A stretch of DNA of 31,690 nt from a bacterium (GTDB taxonomy: Bacteria > JAMCPX01). The notes beneath the pieces are model-generated. The model was not told the DNA's origin. It made no database searches and was given only the letters and a program-made list of their open reading frames with translations. The stretch spans positions 1 to 31,690 of the forward strand of contig DAHXOM010000283.1 in assembly GCA_027364825.1 (NCBI GenBank), in the 5' to 3' direction. Position numbers and translations under genes: made by a program. Shown here piece after piece: positions 8,319-17,293 of this stretch. The stretch's first letter is position 1; each line of letters opens with the position of its first letter.

Positions 8319-9652
8319 ATATTAAAACTTTTATCTTTTCCGTCTTTTTTATCGTAGCGCTGACCGGCACGGCGGCCAGAGCAGATGAACAACAGACCAT
8401 GACGCTGAATGACTGTATAAAGATTACCCTTGAGAATAACCCCCAGCTCAAGGCATCGGAAATGGACATAATGTCAAGTCAGGGTAGCTACGGCATAGCA
8501 CGGTCTAGCCTCTTGCCGCAGGTAAACGCTGTTGCTGACGCACAGAGGGCAACGTCAAACCTTATCGTTACCTCAAAGAGTCCTTATGCCTCCTTATTTT
8601 ACCGCAAACCGGACAATACAAATTATCCTTATTATACGGCATCGGTAACCTTGAATCAACAGTTGTTGAGTTTTGGCAAGAATTACTTTGGTATGCGGTC
8701 ATCCTCAGAGCTTATCAACGCAGCTAAATATAACCTCACCAATACACGCAATACACTTATCTATAACGTAAAACAGAATTTTTTTAATCTGCTCGAATAC
8801 AATATGATCATTGAGTCCGACACCTATCTGCTCAAACAGATGGAGACACAGTTACAACAGGCAGAATCGTACTACAAGGCCGGCCTGAAAACAAAGATCG
8901 ATGTACTCAGTGCAAGGACAAGCCTCGGGAATATCAAATTAAGCCTGATAACGGCAGAGAATGCAAAACAGATATATATACTTAATCTTTTGTCTCTCAT
9001 GGGCATGCCGCTGACTGCAGGCATATCATTCACCGGGCAGCTTGAGGCTGTTCCCGTATCAACGGATGCGAACCTTTTTGTCAGCAAGGCGCTTGATAAC
9101 AGACCGGACTACCTGTCCTTAAAAAGACAGCTTGATTCTGCAAAATATTCCTACAAACAATCCATAAGTTCATATTTCCCGACATTATCAGGCAATGCCT
9201 CCTACAATTGGTCGGGTCAGGATTTTCCTCTCACCTGGAATTGGGCAATAGGTCTTGAACTCGATTTTAATATATTTTCAGGGTTTGAAAATACATCTGC
9301 AATGCAGGTCGCCAAGGCCCAAATGTTAAAGCTGAGATATACAATCGATCAACAAAAACTTGCCGTTGCATTGTCGGTACAGTCGGCACTCGATAATCTT
9401 TCACAGGCACAGAAGAGCATATCTGTTGCAGATGACACCTTAAACCAGGCACAGGCAACTATGGAGCTCACTGAAAAGGGCTACAGGGCAGGCATAAACA
9501 ACTATCTGGATTACCTGACCGCTGTCGGTACGTACCAGAACGCCCAGTCATCGTATGCAACGGCACTTGCGTCATACAATATAGCTGTAGCAAACCTTGA
9601 GTATGTTACCGGGAATACAATCGAAAACGGGGGTACTGATAATGAAGAATAA
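8312..9652 (+). CDS. TolC-family outer membrane efflux protein
   Basis: Signal peptide ending TAARA, two internally similar OEP halves (ENNPQLKA...LLPQV; DNRPDY...YFPTL), first gene of a tripartite pump. Confidence 0.92.
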   Translation: MTYIKTFIFSVFFIVALTGTAARADEQQTMTLNDCIKITLENNPQLKASEMDIMSSQGSYGIARSSLLPQVNAVADAQRATSNLIVTSKSPYASLFYRKPDNTNYPYYTASVTLNQQLLSFGKNYFGMRSSSELINAAKYNLTNTRNTLIYNVKQNFFNLLEYNMIIESDTYLLKQMETQLQQAESYYKAGLKTKIDVLSARTSLGNIKLSLITAENAKQIYILNLLSLMGMPLTAGISFTGQLEAVPVSTDANLFVSKALDNRPDYLSLKRQLDSAKYSYKQSISSYFPTLSGNASYNWSGQDFPLTWNWAIGLELDFNIFSGFENTSAMQVAKAQMLKLRYTIDQQKLAVALSVQSALDNLSQAQKSISVADDTLNQAQATMELTEKGYRAGINNYLDYLTAVGTYQNAQSSYATALASYNIAVANLEYVTGNTIENGGTDNEE

Positions 9653-10832
9653 GTACTGGCTTATAGCAGGCGCAGCACTGGCAATAGTAGTGATAATAAT
9701 AGTTGTCCTGGTCAAAAAGGACAAAAAGCCTTCAATCACGTTTGAAAAGATAAGCAGAGGAGATATTACCTCCAGTGTGACGGCAACAGGCCAGATAAAT
9801 CCGATAGTCGAGGTACAGGTCGGCAGTCAGGTTTCCGGCAAGATCATCAAATTATACGCAGATTTTAACAGCATTGTAAAAAAAGGGCAGATCCTTGCAC
9901 TCATAGACCCGACACCGTTCGAGGCAGCGCTGTCGCAGTCAACCGCCAACCTGCTGAGTGCCAGGGCAGTGATCCTGCAGGCAAAAGCAACCATGGAGCT
10001 TGATAAGGGAAACTATGGAAGGCAGCTTTCACTCCCTCCCGAGTTGATCTCCAAACAGGACCTTGATACAACAAAGGCAACGTACGATGTCGCTGCAGCA
10101 AATTTTTCAGCAGCACAGGCGGCTCTAATCCAGGCACAGGCGAACTACAGCACGGCCCGGTTTAACCTTGCCAATACGCGCATTATCTCTCCCCTCAACG
10201 GCATTGTTGTTTCGCGCAATATAAACGTAGGCCAGACTGTTGCGGCATCGTTCCAGACACCGGACATGTTCGATATTGCGGAAAACCTTGAGAAGATGGA
10301 AAGCGATACCAACGTCGTGGAAACAGACATAGGTAAGGTAAAGGTAGGGCAGAAATCGGAATTCACGGTCGATGCGTACCCAACTACCGTTTTTACCGGT
10401 ACGGTCGCCATTGTAAGGAACGCACCCATTGTCATCCAGAACGTCGTTAACTACGACGTGATAATCTACGTAGACAACAAAGACTTCAAACTGAAACCGG
10501 GCATGACAACCTATGTTACCATAGACGTCGGTAAAAAAGATAATATCGTAATGATACCCAATGCAGCGCTCAGATTTGCCCCAAAAGATTCGGACACCAT
10601 CATAAAGAATTACAGTCTGCATAACAAACTGCCCGATTGGGCAAATACCGGAAATCCGGAGGCTGAGAAAAAGGCATGGTACCGTATAACAAAGGTGTGG
10701 GTATACAAAGACAGTCAGTTCATACCGGTTCCAATACAAACCGGCATAAGGAATAACAACTTTACCGAACTTGTTAAAGGCAATTTAAAAGAAGGAGAAG
10801 AAGTTGTCACAGGATACCAGACAGGACAATAA
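9642..10832 (+). CDS. MacA-like periplasmic adaptor (membrane fusion protein)
   Basis: VTATGQINP.VEVQVGSQVSGKI, lipoyl-like halves around a coiled coil, ISPLNGIVV..NINVGQTV, LKPGMT. Start placed at MKNKYW (9642), overlapping the TolC stop. Confidence 0.92.
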   Translation: MKNKYWLIAGAALAIVVIIIVVLVKKDKKPSITFEKISRGDITSSVTATGQINPIVEVQVGSQVSGKIIKLYADFNSIVKKGQILALIDPTPFEAALSQSTANLLSARAVILQAKATMELDKGNYGRQLSLPPELISKQDLDTTKATYDVAAANFSAAQAALIQAQANYSTARFNLANTRIISPLNGIVVSRNINVGQTVAASFQTPDMFDIAENLEKMESDTNVVETDIGKVKVGQKSEFTVDAYPTTVFTGTVAIVRNAPIVIQNVVNYDVIIYVDNKDFKLKPGMTTYVTIDVGKKDNIVMIPNAALRFAPKDSDTIIKNYSLHNKLPDWANTGNPEAEKKAWYRITKVWVYKDSQFIPVPIQTGIRNNNFTELVKGNLKEGEEVVTGYQTGQ

Positions 10833-11547
10833 CGGTATTGTTGTAAAGGTCGTTGGTTTGAAAAAAACCTATTTCCTTGACAGGGTAGCCGTCCCCGCAA
10901 TCAAAGAGGTTAATCTGGAAATACCGAAGAGTTCGTTTGTATCCATAACAGGCGCATCCGGCTCGGGGAAAACAACATTTATGAATATTCTGGGATGCCT
11001 TGATAAACCGACAGAAGGCAAATACTTCCTCCAGGGTACGGATGTTTCATCACTCACACCGGACAGACTTGCAGAAATACGCAACGAAAAAATAGGTTTT
11101 ATATTCCAGAACTTCAACCTGCTTGCCAGAACAAGTGCCATGGAAAACGTCGAACTCCCACTTGTCTATTCCGGGACACCAAAGCACGAACGACAAAAAA
11201 AAGCGTTAGAACTGCTTGAGATGATGGGGTTAAAGGGATTTGAGAAGCATTTTCCCCAGCAACTTTCGGGAGGCCAGCAGCAGCGTGTTGCGATAGCAAG
11301 AGCGCTTGTCAATTCACCGAGTATCATACTGGCCGACGAGCCCACAGGCAACCTGGATTCAAAAACAAGCTACGAGATTATGAACGTGCTGAAAAAGCTC
11401 AATGAAGAAATGGGCGTAACCATAATACTCGTTACCCATGAGCACGACATAGCCGAGTACGGACAGCGCATTATAACATTCAAAGACGGGCTTATCGTAA
11501 CGGACACGGTGAATTCTAAGGATACGTTTGAAAACAAGGGAGTTTGA
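10804..11547 (+). CDS. ABC transporter ATP-binding subunit (MacB/LolD type)
   Basis: Walker [10 protein letters not shown], signature LSGGQQQR, Walker [12 protein letters not shown], switch VTHE. TTG start preceded by AGGAG. Confidence 0.94.
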   Translation: MSQDTRQDNNGIVVKVVGLKKTYFLDRVAVPAIKEVNLEIPKSSFVSITGASGSGKTTFMNILGCLDKPTEGKYFLQGTDVSSLTPDRLAEIRNEKIGFIFQNFNLLARTSAMENVELPLVYSGTPKHERQKKALELLEMMGLKGFEKHFPQQLSGGQQQRVAIARALVNSPSIILADEPTGNLDSKTSYEIMNVLKKLNEEMGVTIILVTHEHDIAEYGQRIITFKDGLIVTDTVNSKDTFENKGV

Positions 11548-11597
11548 GTAATGCGCGATGTGGGGTCTATGGTAGTTACATATACACTTCTGTGTTA

Positions 11598-11698
11598 TCC
11601 CTCTTACATAAGAGGGACGGGGCACCCAAGCGGGGCTTGGGTCGGAGTTACAAAACAAAATCATAACTTCCCTGCCCTCACTTATCTTAAGAGCGGAA
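11598..11698. repeat. REP-like cluster of intergenic hairpins between the ATPase and permease genes
   Basis: TCCCTCTTA-CA-TAAGAGGGA (11598-11617), ACCCAAGC-GGG-GCTTGGGT (11624-11642) and imperfect GGAGTTA...TAACTTCC (11644-11671). Confidence 0.6.
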
Positions 11699-11711
11699 TA
11701 AAGGAGACTCC

Positions 11712-12929
11712 ATGAACTTACCAGAGGCATTTAAGGTATCGACAAGGGCGCTCTACAAGAACAAGATGCGTTCCGTACTCACCGGGCTTGGCGTCATAAT
11801 AGGTATCGCAGCTGTTGTCGCGCTTGTTTCGATAGGACAGGGCGTCAGCAAAAAGATAGAGAGCCAGATCTCGGCCCTTGGTTCCAATCTCCTGATGATC
11901 TTGCCGGGCAGTACATCCATGGGCGGAGTGCACGGGGGGTTCGGTTCCGTAAATACGCTTATGCCGTCGGATGCTACCGCGATAGCAACCCAGGTCCCGG
12001 ACGCGCTGTATGTCTCACCGGGTGTCAGGTGGGTCGGGCAAACCGTATACCAGAACCAGAACTGGGCAACGTCCATCATGGGAGTCGGATCAAGCTTCCC
12101 GATGATACGGGACTGGCCGATTGCAGAAGGTAATTTCTTCGATAAAGAGGACGTGGATGCGTCAGCCAATGTATGCGCCATCGGACAGGTCGTGAAGGAG
12201 CAGTTGTTCGGAGGTATGGATCCCATCGGCAAGATCATAAAGATCAAAAACCTGCCTTTCAGGGTGGTCGCCGTTATGGCGGCAAAGGGTACTGCGGGGT
12301 TCGGACAGGATCAGGATGACATGATCCTCGCACCGTACACAACCATACAGAAAAAGATGCTCGGTATAGATTATCTCAGCTTTATCTTTGTCAAGGCCAT
12401 ATCAAGCTCATCCGTGAACGCGGCACAGCAGGAAATAGAATCGCTCCTGCGCCAGAGGCACAATTTAAAACCAGGCTCTGACAACGACTTCACCATACGC
12501 AATGTTACCGATATGCTGGCCGCAGTTATGAACATAACGGGCCTTCTGACAATCTTCCTCGGCAGTATTGCCTCAATATCGCTTATCGTCGGCGGTATCG
12601 GTATTATGAACATCATGCTCGTTTCCGTCACCGAGAGGACAAGGGAGATCGGTATAAGGATGGCTGTAGGAGCAAAAAGGAAAGACATCCTTCTCCAGTT
12701 CCTGCTTGAGGCCGTTACCCTGAGCACTATAGGAGGTATCATCGGCATTATACTTGGCAGTATACTCAGTTTTACCGTCGGATCGTTCATAAAGATTCCG
12801 GTCAGCGTAAATATATTCCCGGTTGTGATTGCATTCTTCTTCTCGTTCGCGGTCGGTGTGTTCTTCGGGTTATATCCGGCGACCAAGGCGTCCAAGCTCA
12901 ACCCCATAGAGGCACTGCGCTACGAGTAA
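11712..12929 (+). CDS. MacB-type ABC transporter permease (MacB_PCD plus FtsX domains)
   Basis: NKMRSVLTGLGVIIGIAAVV, large periplasmic domain, GGIGIMNIMLVSVTERTREIGIRMAVGA, C-terminal PATKASKLNPIEALRYE. Confidence 0.95.
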   Translation: MNLPEAFKVSTRALYKNKMRSVLTGLGVIIGIAAVVALVSIGQGVSKKIESQISALGSNLLMILPGSTSMGGVHGGFGSVNTLMPSDATAIATQVPDALYVSPGVRWVGQTVYQNQNWATSIMGVGSSFPMIRDWPIAEGNFFDKEDVDASANVCAIGQVVKEQLFGGMDPIGKIIKIKNLPFRVVAVMAAKGTAGFGQDQDDMILAPYTTIQKKMLGIDYLSFIFVKAISSSSVNAAQQEIESLLRQRHNLKPGSDNDFTIRNVTDMLAAVMNITGLLTIFLGSIASISLIVGGIGIMNIMLVSVTERTREIGIRMAVGAKRKDILLQFLLEAVTLSTIGGIIGIILGSILSFTVGSFIKIPVSVNIFPVVIAFFFSFAVGVFFGLYPATKASKLNPIEALRYE

Positions 12930-12930
12930 G

Positions 12931-13026
12931 CCCCGTTAGAAAATTTGTGGATTCAATAGTGTCCTGGTCTGAGCGTTTAACAACGGCACAGTATCCGCAT
13001 GAAACAACCGGAATTTTCTAATGGGG
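12931..13026. mobile_element. MITE-like 96-bp element, family M, copy 1
   Basis: Terminal inverted repeat CCCCGTTAGAAAAT / ATTTTCTAATGGGG (13 of 14 complementary). Its reverse complement matches 31472-31566 with 8 substitutions and 1 indel. No ORF inside. Mobility is inferred. Confidence 0.72.
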
Positions 13027-13101
13027 TAAACCTTTAAACGTTCTTATTGCATTTTCCGCGGCTCATTGATAATTTCCTTGTCATACAAAGGAGAAAAAAG
13101 T

Positions 13102-14019
13102 ATGGCTCTTGACCCGGCGGTTGAAAAAATCCTGGAGATATTTAAGAACATTGAGCTGAGCGACATGAAGGTACAGGATGTGAGGGACATGATGGGTAAT
13201 AACTCGATGTCCCAGAAAAAAGATCACATGGAATCTATAAAAGACCTCTCCTTCGAGCATCATGGGTTTAAAATCCCCTGCAGATTATACGAACCCGGAA
13301 ACAGCGGTAAAGAGTTGATACTTTATTTTCACGGCGGCGGGTTTATATTCGGGGATATAGAATTGTTTGACGGGGTTGCCCGACGGGCTGCCAAGACATC
13401 GGGATGCAAAGTACTTTCTGTTGAATACAGACTGGCACCGGAGCATAAATTCCCTGCAGCGGTAGACGATGCTTATGAAGCTTATCTCTGGGTCAGGAAA
13501 AACAGTGACACGTTCGGCATAGACCCCGGTAAAATAGCGATGGCAGGTGACAGTGCAGGTGCAAATCTCACGGTTGTTACCGGTTTAAGGTTAAAGGACA
13601 ATAAGAAAGCACTGCCGAAACTCCAGACACTGTTCTACCCTGTGCTCGGACCGGACCTTTTCACGGAATCCTTGCGCGAATACGGTAAGGGGTATTTTTT
13701 AACAAAGGCGTCAATAAAGTGGTTCGGCAGTCTGTATCTCAATTCGGATCAGGATTTTTTCAACCCGCTGTTCGCTCCGATAATCCGAGAAGACCTCGGC
13801 GGTCTGCCGGAAACCATTATTGTTACAGCCGAGCATGATCCTTTACGGGACCAGGGGGAAATGTATTTATCAAAGCTGTATGATGCCGGTGTTCCGGTAA
13901 CAGGTATACGGGCAAAAGGCTTAATCCATGGGTTTCTTAATTTCTCGGACTTTATACCCGCGGCAGAATCAATAGCCTCCATGGTGTGGTATACGACCGG
14001 ACAAAAATTAAAGAGTTGA
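13102..14019 (+). CDS. Alpha/beta-hydrolase esterase, hormone-sensitive-lipase family (family IV)
   Basis: YFHGGGF oxyanion motif, VEYRLAPEHKFPAA, GDSAG nucleophile elbow, EHDPLRD, HGF. Start placed at MALDP (13102) after AAGGAG. Confidence 0.95.
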   Translation: MALDPAVEKILEIFKNIELSDMKVQDVRDMMGNNSMSQKKDHMESIKDLSFEHHGFKIPCRLYEPGNSGKELILYFHGGGFIFGDIELFDGVARRAAKTSGCKVLSVEYRLAPEHKFPAAVDDAYEAYLWVRKNSDTFGIDPGKIAMAGDSAGANLTVVTGLRLKDNKKALPKLQTLFYPVLGPDLFTESLREYGKGYFLTKASIKWFGSLYLNSDQDFFNPLFAPIIREDLGGLPETIIVTAEHDPLRDQGEMYLSKLYDAGVPVTGIRAKGLIHGFLNFSDFIPAAESIASMVWYTTGQKLKS

Positions 14020-14025
14020 CCCGAA

Positions 14026-14212
14026 ACAAAGAAAGAGTTTGAGACGAAGCGAAGAAAAACACCTGCGAACTGCCTGATATACTTTCATAGTATGCTGCAT
14101 GGACTGCGTCTCGTTCAACGTCAAAAAAATACACCATGCATTTTGTAATGACCATTCCGTTTAGCAAAAAGAGCGTTGTTTTACGAGCAGAGGCGAACAA
14201 CTCTTTCCTTGT
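14026..14212. repeat. Dispersed ~185-bp inverted-repeat element, family R, copy 2
   Basis: Ends ACAAAGAAAGAGTT / AACTCTTTCCTTGT (13 of 14 complementary). Homologous to 5770-5953 and in the same orientation. Sits between two convergent stop codons. Confidence 0.88.
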
Positions 14213-14231
14213 GATAAGCAAGGAAATGAGC

Positions 14232-14819
14232 CTACAGTGCCTCTCTCATCCATTTTACGATCGGGATCAGCAGAAACGGCGCAATGATCACACCCATGCC
14301 GTACAGTGCATACGCTACATTGCTGGTAAGAAATGCCGCGCCGTCATACATGCCGTGAGACCACAACCTGCCTCCATGCGTTGAAGCATCATACAGGAAC
14401 CTCTGCCAGCCTGTGCCGTCCCAGCCGTAGATAAGAATAAAAAACATGAAAAAATATCCGATAAGCACCTGGCTCCACGCAGCCTTGAACCTGCCTTTCT
14501 GGATAAACTTGTAAGCAACCCAATAACCTAAAATGCCCTGCGTAACATTGGTAACGGCAAAAACGGTCACCAGCCACGCCGGAATAGCAGCATGTGATAC
14601 AGCGACCTGCATGGTTTCCCATTGCGGGAAATCCCAGAGCAGATATATGCCCGATGGTGCAAACAGACATGCCAGAAAGAGTACCGTGTAAATAAAATAC
14701 TTGCTGGTATACCAATCTTTCCCCTTGGAAACATCATATTCCTTTTTCAACTGCCTTGCAGCTGAAGCGGCAAAGCCTGCCCCAATCGCGTACGACCAGA
14801 ATACATCCACCTGAACCAT
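14232..14819 (-). CDS. Uncharacterised integral membrane protein, about 5 transmembrane helices, 195 aa
   Basis: SD AGGAGG upstream of the ATG at 14819 (MVQVDVFWSYAIG), five hydrophobic segments, polar motifs DFPQWETMQ, TNVTQG and GWDGTGWQRF. Confidence 0.75.
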   Translation of the reverse strand: MVQVDVFWSYAIGAGFAASAARQLKKEYDVSKGKDWYTSKYFIYTVLFLACLFAPSGIYLLWDFPQWETMQVAVSHAAIPAWLVTVFAVTNVTQGILGYWVAYKFIQKGRFKAAWSQVLIGYFFMFFILIYGWDGTGWQRFLYDASTHGGRLWSHGMYDGAAFLTSNVAYALYGMGVIIAPFLLIPIVKWMREAL

Positions 14820-14839
14820 AAAATACCTCCTGTAAACGA

Positions 14840-14867
14840 ACTTTAATCTACTATAGATTTTTGTCAA
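14840..14867 (-). promoter_or_regulatory. Putative sigma70 promoter with a palindromic operator in its spacer
   Basis: Minus strand: TTGACA (14867-14862), 16 nt, TAAAGT (14845-14840). Palindrome AATCTA-CTA-TAGATT at 14845-14859. Confidence 0.5.
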
Positions 14868-14900
14868 CCCCGTTAATCCAAAACATGCAACAGGTGACCT

Positions 14901-16502
14901 TTATGAAAGGTTTATCGGCTTTACCATGTACGCAAGCTGGGATGAAATGTGCCGGAGTATGCTCACAATCTCGATGTGCATTGCGCTTGTTTCTATAGAT
15001 TCCGTATACCGTTTATTCAGCCTCTCCAGATGGTGTTTCAGGAGCAGGAGCTCTTGCTGCGCAAGCCTGTCCTTCTTCTCCCGCAATACCAGATCGGCAT
15101 CGGGATTGTCCGTTTCAATGGCCGAGATAATATCTTTAAAAAACCCCATTACCTCATGGAAGTAATCCTTAATTTCGAGCCATCCTTCGTCCGAAAGCCT
15201 GTACCCGCTGATTGTTTTCTTTTCTATCTCGGATGACAGGTTCTGGCTTATGATGCTCGATATGACCTCAAAATTCTTTATATAGGTTATAAGTTCGAAT
15301 TTATGGTAAGCGTCCTGCTGTGCCAGCCCCTTGGGGGCCGACACGCGGACAATATACAGCTTTATCTTTGACGCCAGTTTCTCAACCGCATTGTCCATTG
15401 CGTTTAATTCATTCGATCTCCACAGATCATTTTTTGAGAGGGCATTATATGAAATGGTAAGCATGGAATAAACATAATCTGCAAGTCTGATGACCTCTTT
15501 CAGTGCATAATCAAGTGCTATCGGCGGTGTTGATAACACCGATTCGTCGAGATAATGCGGCATGTCCGGCAATGCTATCTCTTTTCCGGTTTTCACGTAT
15601 TTATCAAAAAATTTTACGACGGACGGTGCAAGCGGAGCAAAAAACAGGGTAATGGCAATATTAAAAATGGTATGAGCATTGGCGATCTGATGTGCAACAT
15701 CACCGGATGTGTAGGTTGTAAGCAGCAGGAACGGCTTAAAAAACACAGCAACGATTATTACACCGATAACCTTAAACAGGAGGTGGGCTATCGCGACCCT
15801 CCTTCCGGCCTGGTCCGCCTTGAACATTGCAACTACAGCGGTCGAGCAGGTCCCGATATTGGCGCCGAGTATGATTGGCAATGCATGAGAAAGGTTTATA
15901 AAGCCAACATTTGCCATTGATATTGCAATACCTATTGTCGCGGCACTGCTCTGGATTACGGAGGTAAGGACAAGCGACACGGTAAAACCTATATAGGGAT
16001 TGTGGACTATCAACTTTACCAGATTACTCTGATTGGGATCTATCCCGCTTAAAATATCATTCAGCAATTTCATACTGAACAGGATAAAACCAAGCCCTGT
16101 GAAGAAACTCGACACCGCACCTGCCTTGCGCCCTTTTATGAAAACACCGGTTAAAAAGCCCGATGCTATCAGGAAGAGTCCCATGCTGTAGAGATTAAAT
16201 GATATAAGCTGGACCGTTAAGGTGGAACCGATATCTGCGCCGAGTATTACCCCTATGGCCCCCTTGAGGTCTATCAGCCTCGACGTTGCGAAACCCATCA
16301 GCATTACAACAGGGGTATTGCTGTTTTGTATCAGTATGGTAACGATAGCTCCAATCAGTATCGCCCACAAAACGCTTCTGGACGCAAGGTGGAGAAACTT
16401 TTTTATCTGTTCGCTGAACAGCTTGCTCAAGCCTGAATTAATAAGATCGATACCATAAAGAAAAAGCGCGAGAGCGGCTATTGCTGTTACGATGAACATC
16501 AT
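14901..16502 (-). CDS. Na+/phosphate cotransporter family protein (NptA/YjbB-like) with C-terminal PhoU-like domain
   Basis: Repeat motifs LIQNSNT...GADIGST and VIQSSAATI...GANIGTCST, QIANAHTIFN, helical cytoplasmic C-terminus starting PHYLDESVLSTP. Confidence 0.92.
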   Translation of the reverse strand: MMFIVTAIAALALFLYGIDLINSGLSKLFSEQIKKFLHLASRSVLWAILIGAIVTILIQNSNTPVVMLMGFATSRLIDLKGAIGVILGADIGSTLTVQLISFNLYSMGLFLIASGFLTGVFIKGRKAGAVSSFFTGLGFILFSMKLLNDILSGIDPNQSNLVKLIVHNPYIGFTVSLVLTSVIQSSAATIGIAISMANVGFINLSHALPIILGANIGTCSTAVVAMFKADQAGRRVAIAHLLFKVIGVIIVAVFFKPFLLLTTYTSGDVAHQIANAHTIFNIAITLFFAPLAPSVVKFFDKYVKTGKEIALPDMPHYLDESVLSTPPIALDYALKEVIRLADYVYSMLTISYNALSKNDLWRSNELNAMDNAVEKLASKIKLYIVRVSAPKGLAQQDAYHKFELITYIKNFEVISSIISQNLSSEIEKKTISGYRLSDEGWLEIKDYFHEVMGFFKDIISAIETDNPDADLVLREKKDRLAQQELLLLKHHLERLNKRYTESIETSAMHIEIVSILRHISSQLAYMVKPINLS

Positions 16503-17293
16503 GGCATACTGCTCTGGCTTATCTCCTGCTCGATTACTTTGATGGCCCTGTCGGGGTAATTCGTAAAAAATCCGTCTACGCCCTCTTTTATAACCATCCG
16601 TACCAGTTCATCGTTGTTGATTGTATAGACGTTCACCCTGAAACCGCTGTCATGGATCTCCCGTATGATGTTGCCGTCAACAGAGGCATACGATATATTT
16701 ATCGCCTCTGCAGCAAGCTCCTTCGCCGTATTTATATAAAAGGACAGTGTGCCCGCGCCGCCGGATATACCGGCCGGAGCCTCACCGGAAATCTGATCCG
16801 CGAGTACGGCAAGCCTTATGTCCTGCGAAAGCCTTCTCATCTGCCGTATGGCCCCGATATTGAATGAGGAAACAACGGCTTCTTTGATAAGGTTGTATTT
16901 TTGTATAAGCCCGTAAACGATCCTGCAGAGTGCCTGAATCCGATCGGGTTTATCATCATCGTTTTTTAGTTCTATGTTCATCAGGATCTTATGACTTATT
17001 GCAGATAGCAGCTCTTCAAGGAGAGGGATACCGACCGGTTTCCCGTCTATGGGATCTTTAAAATTGTACTTTTTTATTTCATCGGTCGTGAGCTCCGATA
17101 CAGGCGTATCGGCATTGAATAACCTCCCGAATGTAAAATCGTGGAACACGACAACGCCGCCGTCGGATGTAAGCTGGACATCAAACTCCACAGCGTCTGC
17201 CTTCATTTTTACGGCAAGCTCGAAAGAAGGAATGGTGTTCTCGATCTCATAGCCCGATGCGCCCCTGTGGGCGTACACAACAGGCCTTTTCAT
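16499..17293 (-). CDS. Glycerophosphodiester phosphodiesterase (cytoplasmic, UgpQ/GlpQ-like)
   Basis: AHRGASG..IENT, VEFDVQLTSDG.VVVFHD, NIELK, VYTIN, DGFFTNYPD. No signal peptide. Confidence 0.93.
   Translation of the reverse strand: MKRPVVYAHRGASGYEIENTIPSFELAVKMKADAVEFDVQLTSDGGVVVFHDFTFGRLFNADTPVSELTTDEIKKYNFKDPIDGKPVGIPLLEELLSAISHKILMNIELKNDDDKPDRIQALCRIVYGLIQKYNLIKEAVVSSFNIGAIRQMRRLSQDIRLAVLADQISGEAPAGISGGAGTLSFYINTAKELAAEAINISYASVDGNIIREIHDSGFRVNVYTINNDELVRMVIKEGVDGFFTNYPDRAIKVIEQEISQSSMP

Noticed and set aside
14026-14212. Integron attC sites or gene cassettes
   Set aside because: The ends are GAGTT...AACTC, the reverse of the RYYYAAC...GTTRRRY arrangement; the element is longer than typical attC sites and no integrase is present.
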